A DNA stretch of 64,000 nt from Candidatus Latescibacterota bacterium (lineage in GTDB: Bacteria > Latescibacterota > UBA2968 > UBA8231): positions 2,976,001-3,040,000 of the forward strand of contig CBDETK010000013.1 in the NCBI GenBank assembly GCA_965242865.1, written 5' to 3'. The notes beneath the pieces were generated by a model, which was given only the letters and a program-made list of their open reading frames with translations, did no database searches and had not been told where the DNA came from. A program made the position numbers and the translations under genes. This document shows, piece after piece, positions 11,443-21,340 of this stretch (its first letter is position 1; each line of letters opens with the position of its first letter).

Positions 11443-11770
11443 TTTTCTCTGCTTCCTGTCGCCCGGAGCGCTAGGAGGATGAGTAAAACGTAAGGCATAG
11501 CAAGTAACGCCGCGATGGAGTGGAGCCGCGCTTTATTCGTTGGGTCGCGCTGATAACCAAACTAAGAAGCGTTCTTAAAACTCGTGTTGCTTTTGGCCTA
11601 CTTGCATGACGACTCCTGCCGTTTAGCGGATGACCGCTCTGAAGGTCCAATGGAGCATCTGCCAGCACATCCTCGATCGAAAGAAGAATACCGACATCTT
11701 CGAGTCGCTTTGATCCTGAAACTCCAGCATCCGTGACTATTTGATTGAGCGATTCTAAGATGTCGCGGCC

Positions 11771-12934
11771 TCAGGCACTGGCTAGGGTAGGCCGGTCGTG
11801 AATCGGCCCAGGGTGGTTGCGGAGCGAGCCGCCTTTGCGGCCAGTGAGCACGGCTTGGATTTCCCCGAGAATGGACAAGGCGATTTCCTCGGCCGTTTCA
11901 GCGCCGATGTCGAGGCCAACCGGGCCGAAGAGGCGAGCGGCCTGCTCGTCGCTGGGTGCGATGCCTTCTTTTTGCAGGTCGGCGAGGAGGCGTTGGGTGC
12001 GCTGGTGCGGGCCGAGGACGCCCAAGTAGGCGAGGGGCGCGTCAAGCAAGTCCCGCAACAGCGCTTGATCCTGTAGGTAGTTGTGGCTCATGACGACGGC
12101 GCACGAGCGGTTGTCAAACGGAAGGGCCTCGGGCCGACGACCGGGCTGGGCGAGGAGGACTTGCCGCGCCCAAGGGAAGCGCTCGGCGCGGGCGTAGGCG
12201 GGCCGGTGGTCGGCCACGGTGACGCGCCAGCCAAGTTCGCTGGCCAGCCGAGCGAGGGGCACGGCGTCGTAGCCCGCGCCAAAGAGGTAAAGGGCAATGG
12301 GGGGCAGCAGCGGCTCTAGGAGCAGGGCGGCCTTGCCGTGCGTCAGCGCGCAGTGGCGAGTGCAGCCCGGAACGACCGGGAGCCGGGTGGCGTCAAGGGT
12401 CGCCAACATTTCGCCAGCCGCGTTGCGGGCGATCGCACGCAGCTCCGAGTCGGCGATGTCGTCGAGGGCGTTTTTCCGCTCGTCGAGCATCAGGTGTTGG
12501 CCCGGCGCGGCCTTTGTCTCGCCCTCGGCGGCAAAGACCGTGACGAGGACGCCGTGTCGATTCTCCAAGGCGCAGCCGTGCAAGAAGGTTGGGTAGTGGA
12601 GGGGGCCACTGGGCAGGCGTTCTAAGAGCACATCCACCGTGCCGCTACAACCCAAGCCGGTGCCCCAGAGGATGTCGTCTTCAGAGGTGGCGTCGTAGTG
12701 GAGGAGCCGAGGTTGGCCATCGGCGAAAACGGCGCGTGCGTTTTCCCGCACATCGCCTTCGAGGCAGCCGCCGCTGATAGTGCCCAAGCTCTGGAGATCG
12801 GCTTCGATGAGCATGCGGGTGCCCGGGCCGCGATAGACCGAGCCAGAGGTCTGGACGACCGTGGCCAGAACGTATGACGCACCCGCCTCGTCGAGTGCCC
12901 GGGCGCGGCCGAGGATCGTCTGCAAGTCTTTCAC
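11771..12934 (-). CDS. XdhC/CoxI-family molybdenum cofactor insertion chaperone
   Basis: LATVV..SGSVYR, GTISGGCLE, GLGCSG, FGAGYDA, GPVGLDIGAETAEEIALSI. Confidence 0.92.
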   Translation of the reverse strand: MKDLQTILGRARALDEAGASYVLATVVQTSGSVYRGPGTRMLIEADLQSLGTISGGCLEGDVRENARAVFADGQPRLLHYDATSEDDILWGTGLGCSGTVDVLLERLPSGPLHYPTFLHGCALENRHGVLVTVFAAEGETKAAPGQHLMLDERKNALDDIADSELRAIARNAAGEMLATLDATRLPVVPGCTRHCALTHGKAALLLEPLLPPIALYLFGAGYDAVPLARLASELGWRVTVADHRPAYARAERFPWARQVLLAQPGRRPEALPFDNRSCAVVMSHNYLQDQALLRDLLDAPLAYLGVLGPHQRTQRLLADLQKEGIAPSDEQAARLFGPVGLDIGAETAEEIALSILGEIQAVLTGRKGGSLRNHPGPIHDRPTLASA

Positions 12935-14187
12935 GACCGTACTCCAAAACGCCGCAACCTGTCAGCCCGCGTCGGCGCGGTAGGTTGGGCTTGCGTCGGC
13001 GCGGGGTGCTCAGGGCGGCGCAGGTACTGCACGGCCGTTGCACCGCGCACCGTCATCAGGTATCCGACGAGGGCCTTGAGGCTCTCGATGTTGTGGGCCG
13101 GGGCAAAGAGGTCGATGTACGGCAAAGCGGCCTGCATCCCGCGCGTGGCCGGCCGGTAGCTTGGGCTGCCCAGCAGGGGGTTGAGCCAGATTAGGCAGCG
13201 GCTGCGGCGCTGTAACGCACGCATGCTTTCTTTGAGCGTCTCAAGGTCGCCGGTGTCCCAGCCATCGCTGACGATCAGCAGCGCGGTCTGGCGATCGACG
13301 AGGACGGCGTGTTCGCGGAGGAAGGTGGCCAGCGCGGCCCCAATGCGCGTGCCGCCCGACCAATCCGGCACTTGCGCGGCCAGCGCGTCCAATCCCGCGC
13401 TCAGGTCGTCGCCCCTCAGCAGCGGCGCGACGTGGTGGAGCGAGGTCGCAAACACAAACGTCTCCATGCGGCGATAGGCGTTTTGGAAGGCGTACATAAA
13501 CTGAATCAAGAAGCGGCTGTACAGATCCATGGATTTACTGACATCGCACAACAAGACCAGCTTGGGCTTCTGGCAGGTGCGACGGCAATAGGATAGATCT
13601 AAAAGCTCGCCGCCGCGGCGCAAGCTGGCTCGGAGGGTGCGCCGCAAGTCGAGGCGGCCCGGTGGGCGGGCGGGCCGATAGCGGCGGCTAAAGCGCGTGG
13701 CCAGCACCCGGGCAATGGCTTGCAGCAACCGCCCGATCTCCGCCAACTCTTCGGCCTTAAAGTCCTTAAAGTCGCGTTTGGTGTGTACCTCAATGGGGCT
13801 GTACCCGGCCGCTTCGCGCTCCTCTTCGGTCGGCTCGCCCTGTTTGAGCCAGTCGCGGATGCTCGTCGAGGGGCACTTGGCCGGGGGTGGGGGCGCAGGC
13901 GTGGGCGGAGGCTGACCCAATTCGCCGGCGCGGTCCCACACCGACCAGTAGGCATTGAAAAGCGCGTCAAAGAGTTGCTGCTCGGCGGGCGTCTTGGCCA
14001 AGGTCGTCCGCAGGCTTAGCCGAAAGTCCTCCGGGTCGGACAGGTCAATGGCGGCGAGGGCGCGGAGGGCGTCTTGCTCCTCGCCCAAGGCCGCGCCAGA
14101 ACCTTGGCCGCGCAACGCGCGGCAAAAGCCGACCACATTCGCGCTCAACGCGCCGTGGCGGGCTAGGTCGTCAATTTTGTGGGTCAT
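12931..14187 (-). CDS. CoxE-like VWA domain protein
   Basis: LCDVSKSM MIDAS motif, WSGGTRIG, SDGWD, WLNPL. Confidence 0.9.
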   Translation of the reverse strand: MTHKIDDLARHGALSANVVGFCRALRGQGSGAALGEEQDALRALAAIDLSDPEDFRLSLRTTLAKTPAEQQLFDALFNAYWSVWDRAGELGQPPPTPAPPPPAKCPSTSIRDWLKQGEPTEEEREAAGYSPIEVHTKRDFKDFKAEELAEIGRLLQAIARVLATRFSRRYRPARPPGRLDLRRTLRASLRRGGELLDLSYCRRTCQKPKLVLLCDVSKSMDLYSRFLIQFMYAFQNAYRRMETFVFATSLHHVAPLLRGDDLSAGLDALAAQVPDWSGGTRIGAALATFLREHAVLVDRQTALLIVSDGWDTGDLETLKESMRALQRRSRCLIWLNPLLGSPSYRPATRGMQAALPYIDLFAPAHNIESLKALVGYLMTVRGATAVQYLRRPEHPAPTQAQPTAPTRADRLRRFGVRS

Positions 14188-15079
14188 GTTTTGGCGCCAG
14201 CTTGGCGCGGATCCCCAATCCTGCCAAGAACTCGGCCAGCGATTGCTTCACCTGCGCCACATCGCGTTGGTCCTTCAACACAATGCCCAAGGTATCCGCC
14301 ACGACTTCAAGGTCAAGGTGGTGCTGGTGCAGGGCGACGAGGGCCTTGGCCCAATCGAGGGTTTCGGCGACGCCCGGCACCTTTTCGAGGCGTTGCAGGC
14401 GAATTTTTTCCATGAAGCGGCCGATCTGCTCGGCGAGCTGGACGTCGATCCCGGCGACCTTGCCGCGCACGATTTCCACTTCCTTGGCAAATTCCGGGTA
14501 GTCGATCCACAGGTAAAAGCAGCGGCGGCGCACTGCGTCGGAAAGCTCGCGGGTGCGATTGCTGGTCAGGATTACGTGTGGCCGAACGGCCGCGCGGATG
14601 GTGCCGATTTCGGGAATGGTAATTTGCCAGTCGGACAGCACCTCTAGAAGGAAGCTCTCAAACTCCTCGTCGGCCCGGTCGAGTTCGTCGATCAGCAGCA
14701 CCGGCGGGACGGGTTGGGTGATGGCTTGGAGCAAGGGACGCTTGAGCAGGAAGTCCTCGGAGAAGAGGTCGGCCTCGCGCTCGGCTAAGGGACGTTGGCT
14801 GTTCTCGTCGAGCTTGAGGTGCAAAAGCTGGCGTTGGTAGTTCCACTCGTACAGGGCGGCGTGGGCGTCCAACCCCTCGTAGCACTGCAAGCGGATCAAC
14901 TCGGTGTTGAGGGCGCGGGCTAGGACCTTGGCGACCTCGGTTTTGCCGACGCCGGCCGGGCCTTCGATGAGCAAGGGACGCTCCAAGGTCTGGGCGAGGT
15001 ACACGGACATAACAACTTGGCGATCGGCGATATACCCGTGCTCGGCGAGCATCGCTTGGATCGCAGCAGTGGCACTCAT
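14171..15079 (-). CDS. MoxR/CoxD-family AAA+ ATPase
   Basis: EGPAGVGKT, RLQCYEGLD, LLIDELDRAD, TSNRTRELSDA. Confidence 0.92.
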   Translation of the reverse strand: MSATAAIQAMLAEHGYIADRQVVMSVYLAQTLERPLLIEGPAGVGKTEVAKVLARALNTELIRLQCYEGLDAHAALYEWNYQRQLLHLKLDENSQRPLAEREADLFSEDFLLKRPLLQAITQPVPPVLLIDELDRADEEFESFLLEVLSDWQITIPEIGTIRAAVRPHVILTSNRTRELSDAVRRRCFYLWIDYPEFAKEVEIVRGKVAGIDVQLAEQIGRFMEKIRLQRLEKVPGVAETLDWAKALVALHQHHLDLEVVADTLGIVLKDQRDVAQVKQSLAEFLAGLGIRAKLAPKHDPQN

Positions 15080-15248
15080 TAAATCCCTCTCGTTGCGCGG
15101 TACAATGCCGCTCCAGTTGGGCGCGGGCCTTAATATCACGCGCCGACTTCCGTACAGCAAGAACGCGCCGCGGCCGCGGCGACATTGCCCACTACTAGGG
15201 ATTCTCTATATTCTCAAGTCCCTTTAACTCCATCTATAGATGCCTTTT

Positions 15249-16298
15249 ATGGCCCTTGCAACATCCGCCAAAACCGAGTTGGTGCGCGATCTTCTGGGCC
15301 GCCCGTTGGTCTCTTTGCGCGTGTCGGTCATCGACCGCTGCGATCTGCGCTGTCAGTACTGCATGCCCGAAGAGCACTACACTTGGCTGCCGAGTAAAGA
15401 CATCCTCAATTCCTCCGAGATCGAGCGCGTGGTCGATGCCTTTTGCCAAGTTGGCGTCCGCAGCGTCCGCCTGACCGGCGGCGAGCCGCTATTGCGCGCC
15501 GACTTGCCCGAGCTCGTCGCCCGCCTCGCCGCCCTGCCCCTCGTCAAGGACCTCGCGCTGACGACCAATGCGCGGCAACTGGCGCACCGGGCTGGGCCGC
15601 TGCGAGAGGCCGGGTTGCAGCGCGTCACGGTCAGCTTGGACTCGTTGCGACCCGCGCGTTTTGAGGCGTTGACGCGGCGCGCCGGGCATGGCAAGGTCCT
15701 AGCGGGGATTCGCGCGGCCGCGGCCACGGGCTTTGACGCGCTCAAGATCAATTCGGTCGTGGTGCGCGGCTTCAACGACGACGAGTTGGTCGATCTGCTC
15801 GAATTTGGGCGGGAGGTGGGCGCGGAGGTTCGCTTCATCGAATACATGGATGTGGGCGGGGCCACGCACTGGTCGCTGAGAGCGGTGGTGTCGCAGCAAG
15901 AGATGCTGGCGAAGCTGGCGGCGCACTACGGTCCGATCGAGCGCGAGGCCGAGCGGGGCGCGGCCCCAGCGGCGCGCTTCCGCCTGCGCGACGGGACGCG
16001 CTTTGGTATTGTCGCGTCGGTCACCGAGCCGTTTTGCGGCACCTGTGACCGCAGCCGACTGACGGCCGACGGCCTGTGGTACTTGTGCCTCTACGCCCAG
16101 CAAGGCACGGACCTAAAGCCTTTGCTCCGAGCCGGAGCCGATCGCGCACGACTGGTGCGACGCATTGGCGCGGGGTGGGCCGGACGGGCCGATCGCAGCG
16201 CTGAAAAGCGGCGCGACGATCCACACCGCGATGTGCTCTATCAAGTCGCAGAGCTGCAAGCCGACCCGCACCGCGAGATGCACACCCGCGGCGGTTGA
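15249..16298 (+). CDS. moaA: GTP 3',8-cyclase (molybdenum cofactor biosynthesis)
   Basis: CDLRCQYC radical-SAM motif, RLTGGEP, FCGTCDRSR...C, C-terminal GG. Confidence 0.95.
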   Translation: MALATSAKTELVRDLLGRPLVSLRVSVIDRCDLRCQYCMPEEHYTWLPSKDILNSSEIERVVDAFCQVGVRSVRLTGGEPLLRADLPELVARLAALPLVKDLALTTNARQLAHRAGPLREAGLQRVTVSLDSLRPARFEALTRRAGHGKVLAGIRAAAATGFDALKINSVVVRGFNDDELVDLLEFGREVGAEVRFIEYMDVGGATHWSLRAVVSQQEMLAKLAAHYGPIEREAERGAAPAARFRLRDGTRFGIVASVTEPFCGTCDRSRLTADGLWYLCLYAQQGTDLKPLLRAGADRARLVRRIGAGWAGRADRSAEKRRDDPHRDVLYQVAELQADPHREMHTRGG

Positions 16299-18397
16299 GC
16301 CGCTCCCTCCACTGCATGGATTACTTTCGCGCCAAACGCTACTTGGACGCCCTGCCCGACTGGGAGGTCGGCCGTCCAGTGCTCGGGCCGGTCGAGGACT
16401 ACCTGCCGCGGATGCGCGCCCTGCTGGCCCGCCTCGGCGACCCCCAGACGCGCTTCCGCTCGGTCATTGTCGGCGGCACCAACGGCAAGGGCACGGTCGC
16501 TAGCGTCCTCGCTGCCCTCCTAAGAGCCCGAGGGCACCAAGCCGGGCTGTACACCTCGCCGCACCTGCACACCCAGCGCGAGCGGATCCGCATTAACGGT
16601 GCCATACTCAGCAAGGAACAATGGGCAGCCGCCGCGTCGCACCTCGACGATCGCACCCGCGACTTTGCCCGGGAGGCGTTGGGTCCGTTCAGCAAGTTTG
16701 AGGCCCTTACCGGGCTTGCGGCCCATCTCTTCGCGCAGCAGGGCGTGGAGTTCGGGGTTTTTGAGGTCGGGCTAGGGGGACGCTACGACGCGACCAACGC
16801 TTGGGACTCGGAGTTGGCTGTCCTGACAGCTATCGGTCTAGACCACGTGGACCTGTTGGGCAATACCTTGGAGGAAATCGCCTCCGACAAGCTGCACATC
16901 GCCCGGGCGGGTCGCACACTCATTACTACGGCGGCGCAGGCCCCGGCGGCGATGGCTCTGATCCGGCAGACCTGTGCAACGCGGGACGTGGCGTTGCAGG
17001 TTGCCGGAACGGAGTGGCACTTGGGGCCTCTAACGGACCGGCCGGCGACCTACGCGGAAAATGCGCGGCTGGCCCTTGCGGCCGCGCAGGAGCTCGTCCG
17101 GGGGCTAGGAGACGAGGAGGCGCACCAAGTCGTGGCGACCCATCGCTGGCCGGGCCGCTTTGAAGTGGTGCGCGAGAAGCCGCTAATTTTGCTCGATGGG
17201 GCGCACAATCCGGCCGCGGCCGCGGCGTTGGCCCAAGAGTTACAGCGGCTGGGTGGAGCATGGGTGCTGGTCGTCGGCGCGGGAGCAGGACACGATGCGG
17301 CGGGGATTTTGTGGGCGCTCGCGCCGGTGGCGCAACGGGTCTTGCTTACTTCGTCGGACCATCCACGGGCACTGGCCCCAGCGGTGCTGGCGGCCTTGGC
17401 ACCCGATGGACTATCTGTCGAGCAAGTGCCCGCAAGCAGCCAAGCGCTCAAGCGCGCCCTGACGCTGGCAGGGCGCGAAGGCCGAGTCTGCGTGGTGGGG
17501 TCGCTGCACTTGGTGGCGCGGGCGCGGGAGTTTTTCTCCCTGCCCGGCGAGCGCGATGGCATCACCGAAGACATGGCGTTGGAGAATCTGGCGTGTGTGG
17601 CCGCGGCCGGCCAGCGGCGGGGACTCACCTGCGAGTGGATTTCGGGCGACGGCACGCGGCTCAAGCTGTCGGGCGGCCGGCGTCCCTTGCGCTTCTGGCG
17701 CAACAAGCACCCCTTCAACGACTACGTCGAGGCCCGACTCGCCGAAGACAAGGCATACCAATACGAGGATTTCGTCGCGGCCGGCTTGCCGGTCCCCCAC
17801 ACCCTCAAGCTCTTCAACCCGCTGGCCGACGCGCGCTTCGACCGCTACAAGACGCACGCTTCCGTAGCGGAAATCGTCGCGGCGGTACGGGCGCAATTCG
17901 AGTTTCCCCTGTTGGTCAAGAAGTGCCACAGCTCGCTGGCGCAGGGCGTGTTTTTGGAGCGCGACGCCGCCGCCCTTACGCAGCGGCTCGAATCCCTCTT
18001 TGCCAACAGTGCCTTTCTCGACAACATTGCACTAGTGCAGCAATACGTGGCCGGGCCGGAGTATCGCATCGTCGCCAGCCGTGCGGAACTGTGGCTGGCC
18101 TATCGCAAGGAGAGCAAGGCTGTGGAGACGGATGGGGACCGCAACCCCCTGCATCAGGCCGATGGCCGGGCCGTGCGCGTAACAGACGGGGCCTTGCTGG
18201 CGCAGATGCAGGTGCTGACCGAGCAAGTGGCCGGGGTGTACTCGCTCGGTTTTTACGCCATGGACCTCATCCACAGCGCTGATGGGTTCTCCATCCTCGA
18301 ACTCAATCCCAATCCCATGTGCTACGCCTACAACCGCGACAACGGGCGTCGGGACTTCATCGGGCTGTACGAGCGGCTGCTCGCCCAATTTGCCTAG
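16295..18397 (+). CDS. Folylpolyglutamate synthase (FolC)-like Mur ligase fused to a C-terminal ATP-grasp domain
   Basis: GTNGKGT, YTSPHL...ERIRING, EVGLGGRYDATN, WPGRFE, LDGAHN, then FPLLVKK...AQGV, QQYVAGPEYRIV, DLI...LELNPNP. Start may instead be ATG 16316. Confidence 0.85.
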   Translation: MSRSLHCMDYFRAKRYLDALPDWEVGRPVLGPVEDYLPRMRALLARLGDPQTRFRSVIVGGTNGKGTVASVLAALLRARGHQAGLYTSPHLHTQRERIRINGAILSKEQWAAAASHLDDRTRDFAREALGPFSKFEALTGLAAHLFAQQGVEFGVFEVGLGGRYDATNAWDSELAVLTAIGLDHVDLLGNTLEEIASDKLHIARAGRTLITTAAQAPAAMALIRQTCATRDVALQVAGTEWHLGPLTDRPATYAENARLALAAAQELVRGLGDEEAHQVVATHRWPGRFEVVREKPLILLDGAHNPAAAAALAQELQRLGGAWVLVVGAGAGHDAAGILWALAPVAQRVLLTSSDHPRALAPAVLAALAPDGLSVEQVPASSQALKRALTLAGREGRVCVVGSLHLVARAREFFSLPGERDGITEDMALENLACVAAAGQRRGLTCEWISGDGTRLKLSGGRRPLRFWRNKHPFNDYVEARLAEDKAYQYEDFVAAGLPVPHTLKLFNPLADARFDRYKTHASVAEIVAAVRAQFEFPLLVKKCHSSLAQGVFLERDAAALTQRLESLFANSAFLDNIALVQQYVAGPEYRIVASRAELWLAYRKESKAVETDGDRNPLHQADGRAVRVTDGALLAQMQVLTEQVAGVYSLGFYAMDLIHSADGFSILELNPNPMCYAYNRDNGRRDFIGLYERLLAQFA

Positions 18398-18415
18398 TGG
18401 ATTAAGGAGAAAGAA

Positions 18416-19552
18416 ATGGATATTCAGACCCGCCTCGTCCACGCCGGCGAGGAGCGCATCGACGGCGCGGTGGTGGTGCCGATCTTCCAGAGCTCGACTT
18501 TTGTCTCGCAGGACGAGCAGCAATACGATGCCGTCCGCTATCTCCGCCTCAACAACACGCCCAATCACCGCGCATTACACGCCAAATTAGCCGCTATCTG
18601 CAACGGCGAAGCGGCCTTGGTCGCCAGCTCGGGCATGGCGGCGATCACCACGGCCTTGCTGGCTTTGCTCAACAGCGGCGATCACCTGCTGATCCAAGAC
18701 TGCCTCTACGGGGGTACGCACAGTTTTGTGACGCAGGACGCGCCGGGCTTGGGGCTGCGCTGCGACTTTATCGCTGGCAATGCGCCCGAGACGTGGGCGA
18801 CCAAGCTCCGACCTGAGACGCGGGCGATTTACGTGGAGACCATGACCAACCCGCTATTGGAGGTCGCGGATTTAGAGGCGGTCGTGGCGTTTGCCCGCGA
18901 GCACGGGCTGGTGTCCCTGATCGACAATACCTTTGCCTCGCCGTGCAACTTCCGCCCGCTGGAACTCGGGTTTGATCTAGAGCTACACAGCGCGTCCAAG
19001 TACCTCAACGGCCATTCGGACATCGTCGCGGGGGTGGTCGTCGGCTCGGCGGACCGCATCCGCGCCATTACGCACAAGCTCAATCACCTCGGCGGGTCGC
19101 TGGATACACACGCCTGCTTTTTGTTGCAGCGGGGCTTGAAGACCCTGTCCCTGCGAATGAGGCAACACGACGAAAATGGGCGGCGGCTGGCGAGCTTCTT
19201 GGCCGAGCAGCCGCAGGTGGCGCGGGTGAACTACCCCGGGCTAGAAAGCCATCCGCAATACGAGCGGGCGCAGCGGCTGTTTGCCGGGGCGGGTGGCGTG
19301 TTGAGCTTTGAGCTGCACGGGGGCGTGGAGGCCGCCGTGCGATTGCTGTCCAAGCTGGTTCTGCCGGCGTCCGCCCCCAGTCTCGGCGGGGTCGAAACCC
19401 TCATTACTCGGCCCGTCACCACGTCGCACAGCAGCTTGAGTCAAAAGGAGCGGGCGGCCATGGGCATTGCCGATGGCTTGGTGAGGGTGGCATGCGGCAT
19501 TGAGGCCGCCGAGGATTTGTGCGCGGATTTTGGGCAGGCGCTGGCTGGATAA
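18416..19552 (+). CDS. PLP-dependent trans-sulfuration enzyme (cystathionine gamma-synthase/lyase family)
   Basis: PIFQSSTF, SSGMAAI, DNTFASP, HSASKYLNGHSD, SLGGVETL. Confidence 0.92.
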   Translation: MDIQTRLVHAGEERIDGAVVVPIFQSSTFVSQDEQQYDAVRYLRLNNTPNHRALHAKLAAICNGEAALVASSGMAAITTALLALLNSGDHLLIQDCLYGGTHSFVTQDAPGLGLRCDFIAGNAPETWATKLRPETRAIYVETMTNPLLEVADLEAVVAFAREHGLVSLIDNTFASPCNFRPLELGFDLELHSASKYLNGHSDIVAGVVVGSADRIRAITHKLNHLGGSLDTHACFLLQRGLKTLSLRMRQHDENGRRLASFLAEQPQVARVNYPGLESHPQYERAQRLFAGAGGVLSFELHGGVEAAVRLLSKLVLPASAPSLGGVETLITRPVTTSHSSLSQKERAAMGIADGLVRVACGIEAAEDLCADFGQALAG

Positions 19553-19570
19553 AACAGGAAAGCCGGTTCA

Positions 19571-21244
19571 ATGAGTCCATACACCACATCACTAGCCGAT
19601 CAGTTGCGGCCCGTGCAGGAGATAATGCAGGATCAGTACGCTTCTGTGGTGCCGATCAGCCAAGTCTCCATTGAGGTCCACGCCCGCGATGGCAACGACC
19701 CCTTCGCAACGGCCCAGCAGAAAGTCTTGCAGTGGATAGCCGATCGAGTTGGGCAACGGCTCCCCGAAGAGGCTTGGGCCGGTCAATCCTTTGAGACCGA
19801 GAAAATTGGGGCGCAGTACGCCGCGGCCGCGTTGTTGGACGAGCCGGAGATTTGGGGAGCGCGGCTCGATGACGCCGACAAGTCCGTTCCGCAGCTTACT
19901 TGGGTTACGGAGGTTGGGCTAAAGCGGCTAGCCGCCAGCAAGATCGCCGTCAGCACCCGCCTTGTATGCACTCGGCGCGGTCCCAATATCCCCATCGATC
20001 GCTCCGTTCCCGATTTCGTCCGGCAAATCGCAGCCATTGGCACCAGCTCGCTAGACGGTCGGTTGCTGCGCCCGACGCCATGGCTCGTTTCCGAACCCGA
20101 TGAAATTCTGTCGATGTGCGACCTGATTCAGGACCCAAAGCGCCGGGCCGCGGTCCTCGTCGCGTCCTTGCCGTTAGGCTCCGTCCGCGCCCAAGACGCA
20201 GCGTGCCCGATTGACGCTTTATGCCGTAGGACATTTGGTGCGGCCCACGTAGTGCTCATCACGGAGCCTGCCACCTATGGTTTGACCCACGAGCTAGGGC
20301 GGGAGTTTTCCGTATTCAACCGGGCCGTCAGGAACTATCTACCGAACTTTAATCCCAAGGAAGATGAACCGCATCAACACCCCTGGGCAACGGCCCGCCG
20401 CATTCACAATTGGGACGGAGGCCCGGCTAGATATGCGGAATTTTTGGCCGACCACGTACTAAAGAACGCGGTTGAGCGTTCAGAGCCGGAGGGCGATCCT
20501 CCGTCCTTTGCCAAAATTCGGCGGCTGGCAGCAGAGCGTCGCACAGCACACGCCAAGGCGACCAATGCGACCATCGCTGAAAGGCTCGAACTAGCCGAGG
20601 CCCAAATCGTCGATCTCCAAGCCGAGCGCGAAGAGATGGAAGAGACCTTTGAAGGGGTCTTGAAGTCCATAGAGCAAGAGCGTGATGAAGCCCAAGCCAA
20701 GGCCGATACCGCCACCCAACGAGCGCGGAACTTGCGCGCCCGCGTGGAGATGCTCGAAGAGGCCCTGTCGAGCGGCTCCAGTCCAAAAGAGCCGGCAATT
20801 CCAAGCGACCTGAACGACTTTGGGGCGTGGTGCGACGAGCATCTGGCGGGGTTTGTCGAAGTGCTTCCGCGCGCCAAACACGCCGCCAAAAAGAGCAAGT
20901 ACGAAGATCCGTCCTTCCTGTACAAAGCGTTGCTTTTGCTCCGCGATTACTACGTTCCCATGCGGCGCTTCGGCGGCCCTACCAAATTAGGAGCCTTCAA
21001 GCAGGCATGTTCGGCCTTAAATATCGAGGAGACCCAAACCTTTGCCGGCGATCGGTACGGCGAGCACGGCGACATGTATTTCGTGCGCTACGTCGGTCAG
21101 TCGCGCCTGCTCAACCGTCATCTGAAGAAGGGGAGCACCCACGACGTGCGCCGCTGTTTTCGGCTGTATTTCTTTTGGGACGAGGACTCAGAGCAGGCCG
21201 TTGTCGGCTGGTTGCCCTCGCATTTGGACACGCGAAAGACCTAG
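19571..21244 (+). CDS. Hypothetical 557-aa protein with central coiled coil and possible RelE-like C-terminal domain
   Basis: Long ORF; E/A/Q-rich heptads in the middle; C-terminal HLKKG...RCFRLYFFWD...VVGWLPSHL. Confidence 0.7.
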   Translation: MSPYTTSLADQLRPVQEIMQDQYASVVPISQVSIEVHARDGNDPFATAQQKVLQWIADRVGQRLPEEAWAGQSFETEKIGAQYAAAALLDEPEIWGARLDDADKSVPQLTWVTEVGLKRLAASKIAVSTRLVCTRRGPNIPIDRSVPDFVRQIAAIGTSSLDGRLLRPTPWLVSEPDEILSMCDLIQDPKRRAAVLVASLPLGSVRAQDAACPIDALCRRTFGAAHVVLITEPATYGLTHELGREFSVFNRAVRNYLPNFNPKEDEPHQHPWATARRIHNWDGGPARYAEFLADHVLKNAVERSEPEGDPPSFAKIRRLAAERRTAHAKATNATIAERLELAEAQIVDLQAEREEMEETFEGVLKSIEQERDEAQAKADTATQRARNLRARVEMLEEALSSGSSPKEPAIPSDLNDFGAWCDEHLAGFVEVLPRAKHAAKKSKYEDPSFLYKALLLLRDYYVPMRRFGGPTKLGAFKQACSALNIEETQTFAGDRYGEHGDMYFVRYVGQSRLLNRHLKKGSTHDVRRCFRLYFFWDEDSEQAVVGWLPSHLDTRKT

Positions 21245-21246
21245 CG

Positions 21247-21277
21247 TCACAATATCCCATACTGATCAAAAACCTCC
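21247..21277 (-). repeat. Duplicate of the 3' end of the RraA-family gene (22646-22676)
   Basis: 28/31 identity; EVFDQYGIL-TGA versus EVFDRYGIL-TAA. Confidence 0.8.
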
Positions 21278-21281
21278 GTCA

Positions 21282-21340
21282 CAGGTGACGCGGGTGAACT
21301 ACCCAAGTCTAGAAAGCCATCCGCAATACGAGCGGGCGCA
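21282..21340 (+). repeat. Duplicate of an internal segment of the trans-sulfuration gene (19214-19272)
   Basis: 55/59 identity; QVTRVNYPSLESHPQYERA versus QVARVNYPGLESHPQYERA. Confidence 0.9.

Noticed and set aside
11771-15079. Carbon monoxide dehydrogenase locus
   Set aside because: Only accessory coxD/coxE/xdhC-like genes are present, with no coxLMS in the window; these also serve other molybdenum hydroxylases.
16295-18397. Cyanophycin synthetase
   Set aside because: Domain order is reversed and the Mur-ligase part has FolC-specific motifs.
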